Virus record (IMG/VR): IMGVR_UViG_3300017776_000090
Coordinates: 1 to 31,113 of that record
Source: a virus
DNA: 31,113 bases
Strand: one strand, 5' to 3'
Of the stretch, positions 30,705 through 31,113 are shown piece after piece (the stretch's first letter is position 1; each line of letters opens with the position of its first letter). The position numbers and the translations under genes were made by a program. A model generated the notes under the pieces. The model did no database searches. It had not been told where the DNA came from and saw only the letters and a program-made list of their open reading frames with translations.

Positions 30705-31113
30705 TAGTACAGAAACAAATGAACTAGCGTTAGCATTGTGTCTAGCGCAAGGTCAGATGGGGGGTGCTGTCAAAGACAGTGCCAACCCATTCTTTAAATC
30801 AAGCTATGCTGATCTAACGTCAGTCATCAAGGCTATCAAGCAACCATTTGGTGATAATGGTCTAAGCTACACGCAGTTGCCTGTAAGCAATGAAATAGGC
30901 GTAGGCGTAGCAACTAGACTAATGCACGTTTCAGGACAATGGCTAGAGTCAGAGTTTGTACTGCCTATTGTAAAACAAGACCCACAAGCGGCAGGTTCAG
31001 CTATCACTTATGCGCGAAGATATGCACTACAGTCTATCGCAGGTATACCGACAGCAGACGATGATGCAGAATCTGCAATGCTTAGATCAGAACAGACTAA
31101 AACTCAAGAATAC
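30697..31113 (+). CDS. erf: ERF-family recombinase, 5' part (continues at base 124 of the window after the repeat)
   Basis: ATG 30697 lies after GGGAG and is open to the window end (139 codons). It reads in frame with 1..330 through the 123-bp repeat. Confidence 0.8.
   Translation, partial: MNSSTETNELALALCLAQGQMGGAVKDSANPFFKSSYADLTSVIKAIKQPFGDNGLSYTQLPVSNEIGVGVATRLMHVSGQWLESEFVLPIVKQDPQAAGSAITYARRYALQSIAGIPTADDDAESAMLRSEQTKTQEY
30991..31113. repeat. Terminal direct repeat, copy 2 (identical to 1..123)
   Basis: Exact 123/123 identity with the window start. Confidence 0.95.

Noticed and set aside
1-31113. Search for a lysogeny module (integrase, CI-type repressor, excisionase), CRISPR arrays, transposases, toxin-antitoxin pairs or known multi-gene defence systems.
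   Set aside because: There are no tyrosine- or serine-recombinase-like motifs, no repeat-spacer arrays, no IS-like inverted ends and no divergent repressor/cro arrangement. The only regulator candidates are small same-strand HTH proteins. The element looks like a virulent, or at least non-integrating, phage.

Overview
This window is a complete, roughly 30.99-kb genome of a tailed dsDNA phage with a siphovirus-type tail (tail tube, G/GT chaperone pair, 613-aa tape measure). It is written as a circular-type contig. Bases 1-123 repeat exactly at 30991-31113, and an Erf-family recombinase gene reads through that junction. Every credible gene is on the + strand, tightly packed, with many ATGA/TAATG start-stop overlaps and GAGG-type ribosome-binding sites. 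Gene order is as follows. (i) An early recombination and regulation block: Erf, a small protein ending in the bacterial SSB tip DDDIPF, a Cro-like HTH, a winged-HTH protein, NinB-like, an HTH-metallophosphoesterase fusion, a zinc ribbon and NinG/Rap-like. (ii) About 1.9 kb of tiny ORFs of unknown function behind a duplicated promoter-like element. (iii) TerS, TerL, portal, Mu-F-like head morphogenesis protein, scaffold and HK97-like capsid. (iv) Neck, tail tube, chaperone with a -1 frameshift, tape measure, and a tail tip that I recall as resembling RcGTA, interrupted by a GNAT-like gene. (v) Three fibre-type genes. (vi) A 677-aa S8 subtilisin-like protease. (vii) A cassette of membrane and secreted proteins followed by a holin and an M15 endolysin. 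I saw no integrase, repressor, tRNA, CRISPR array, DNA polymerase, primase or helicase. The most unusual part is 25.3-29.4 kb: a signal-peptide-less subtilase coupled to the tail fibre gene, followed by a two-TM microprotein, two Sec-signal proteins whose genes overlap by 53 nt, and a TM/coiled-coil protein. No recognisable spanin pair is present there. All family assignments come from motifs read by eye, with no database search.
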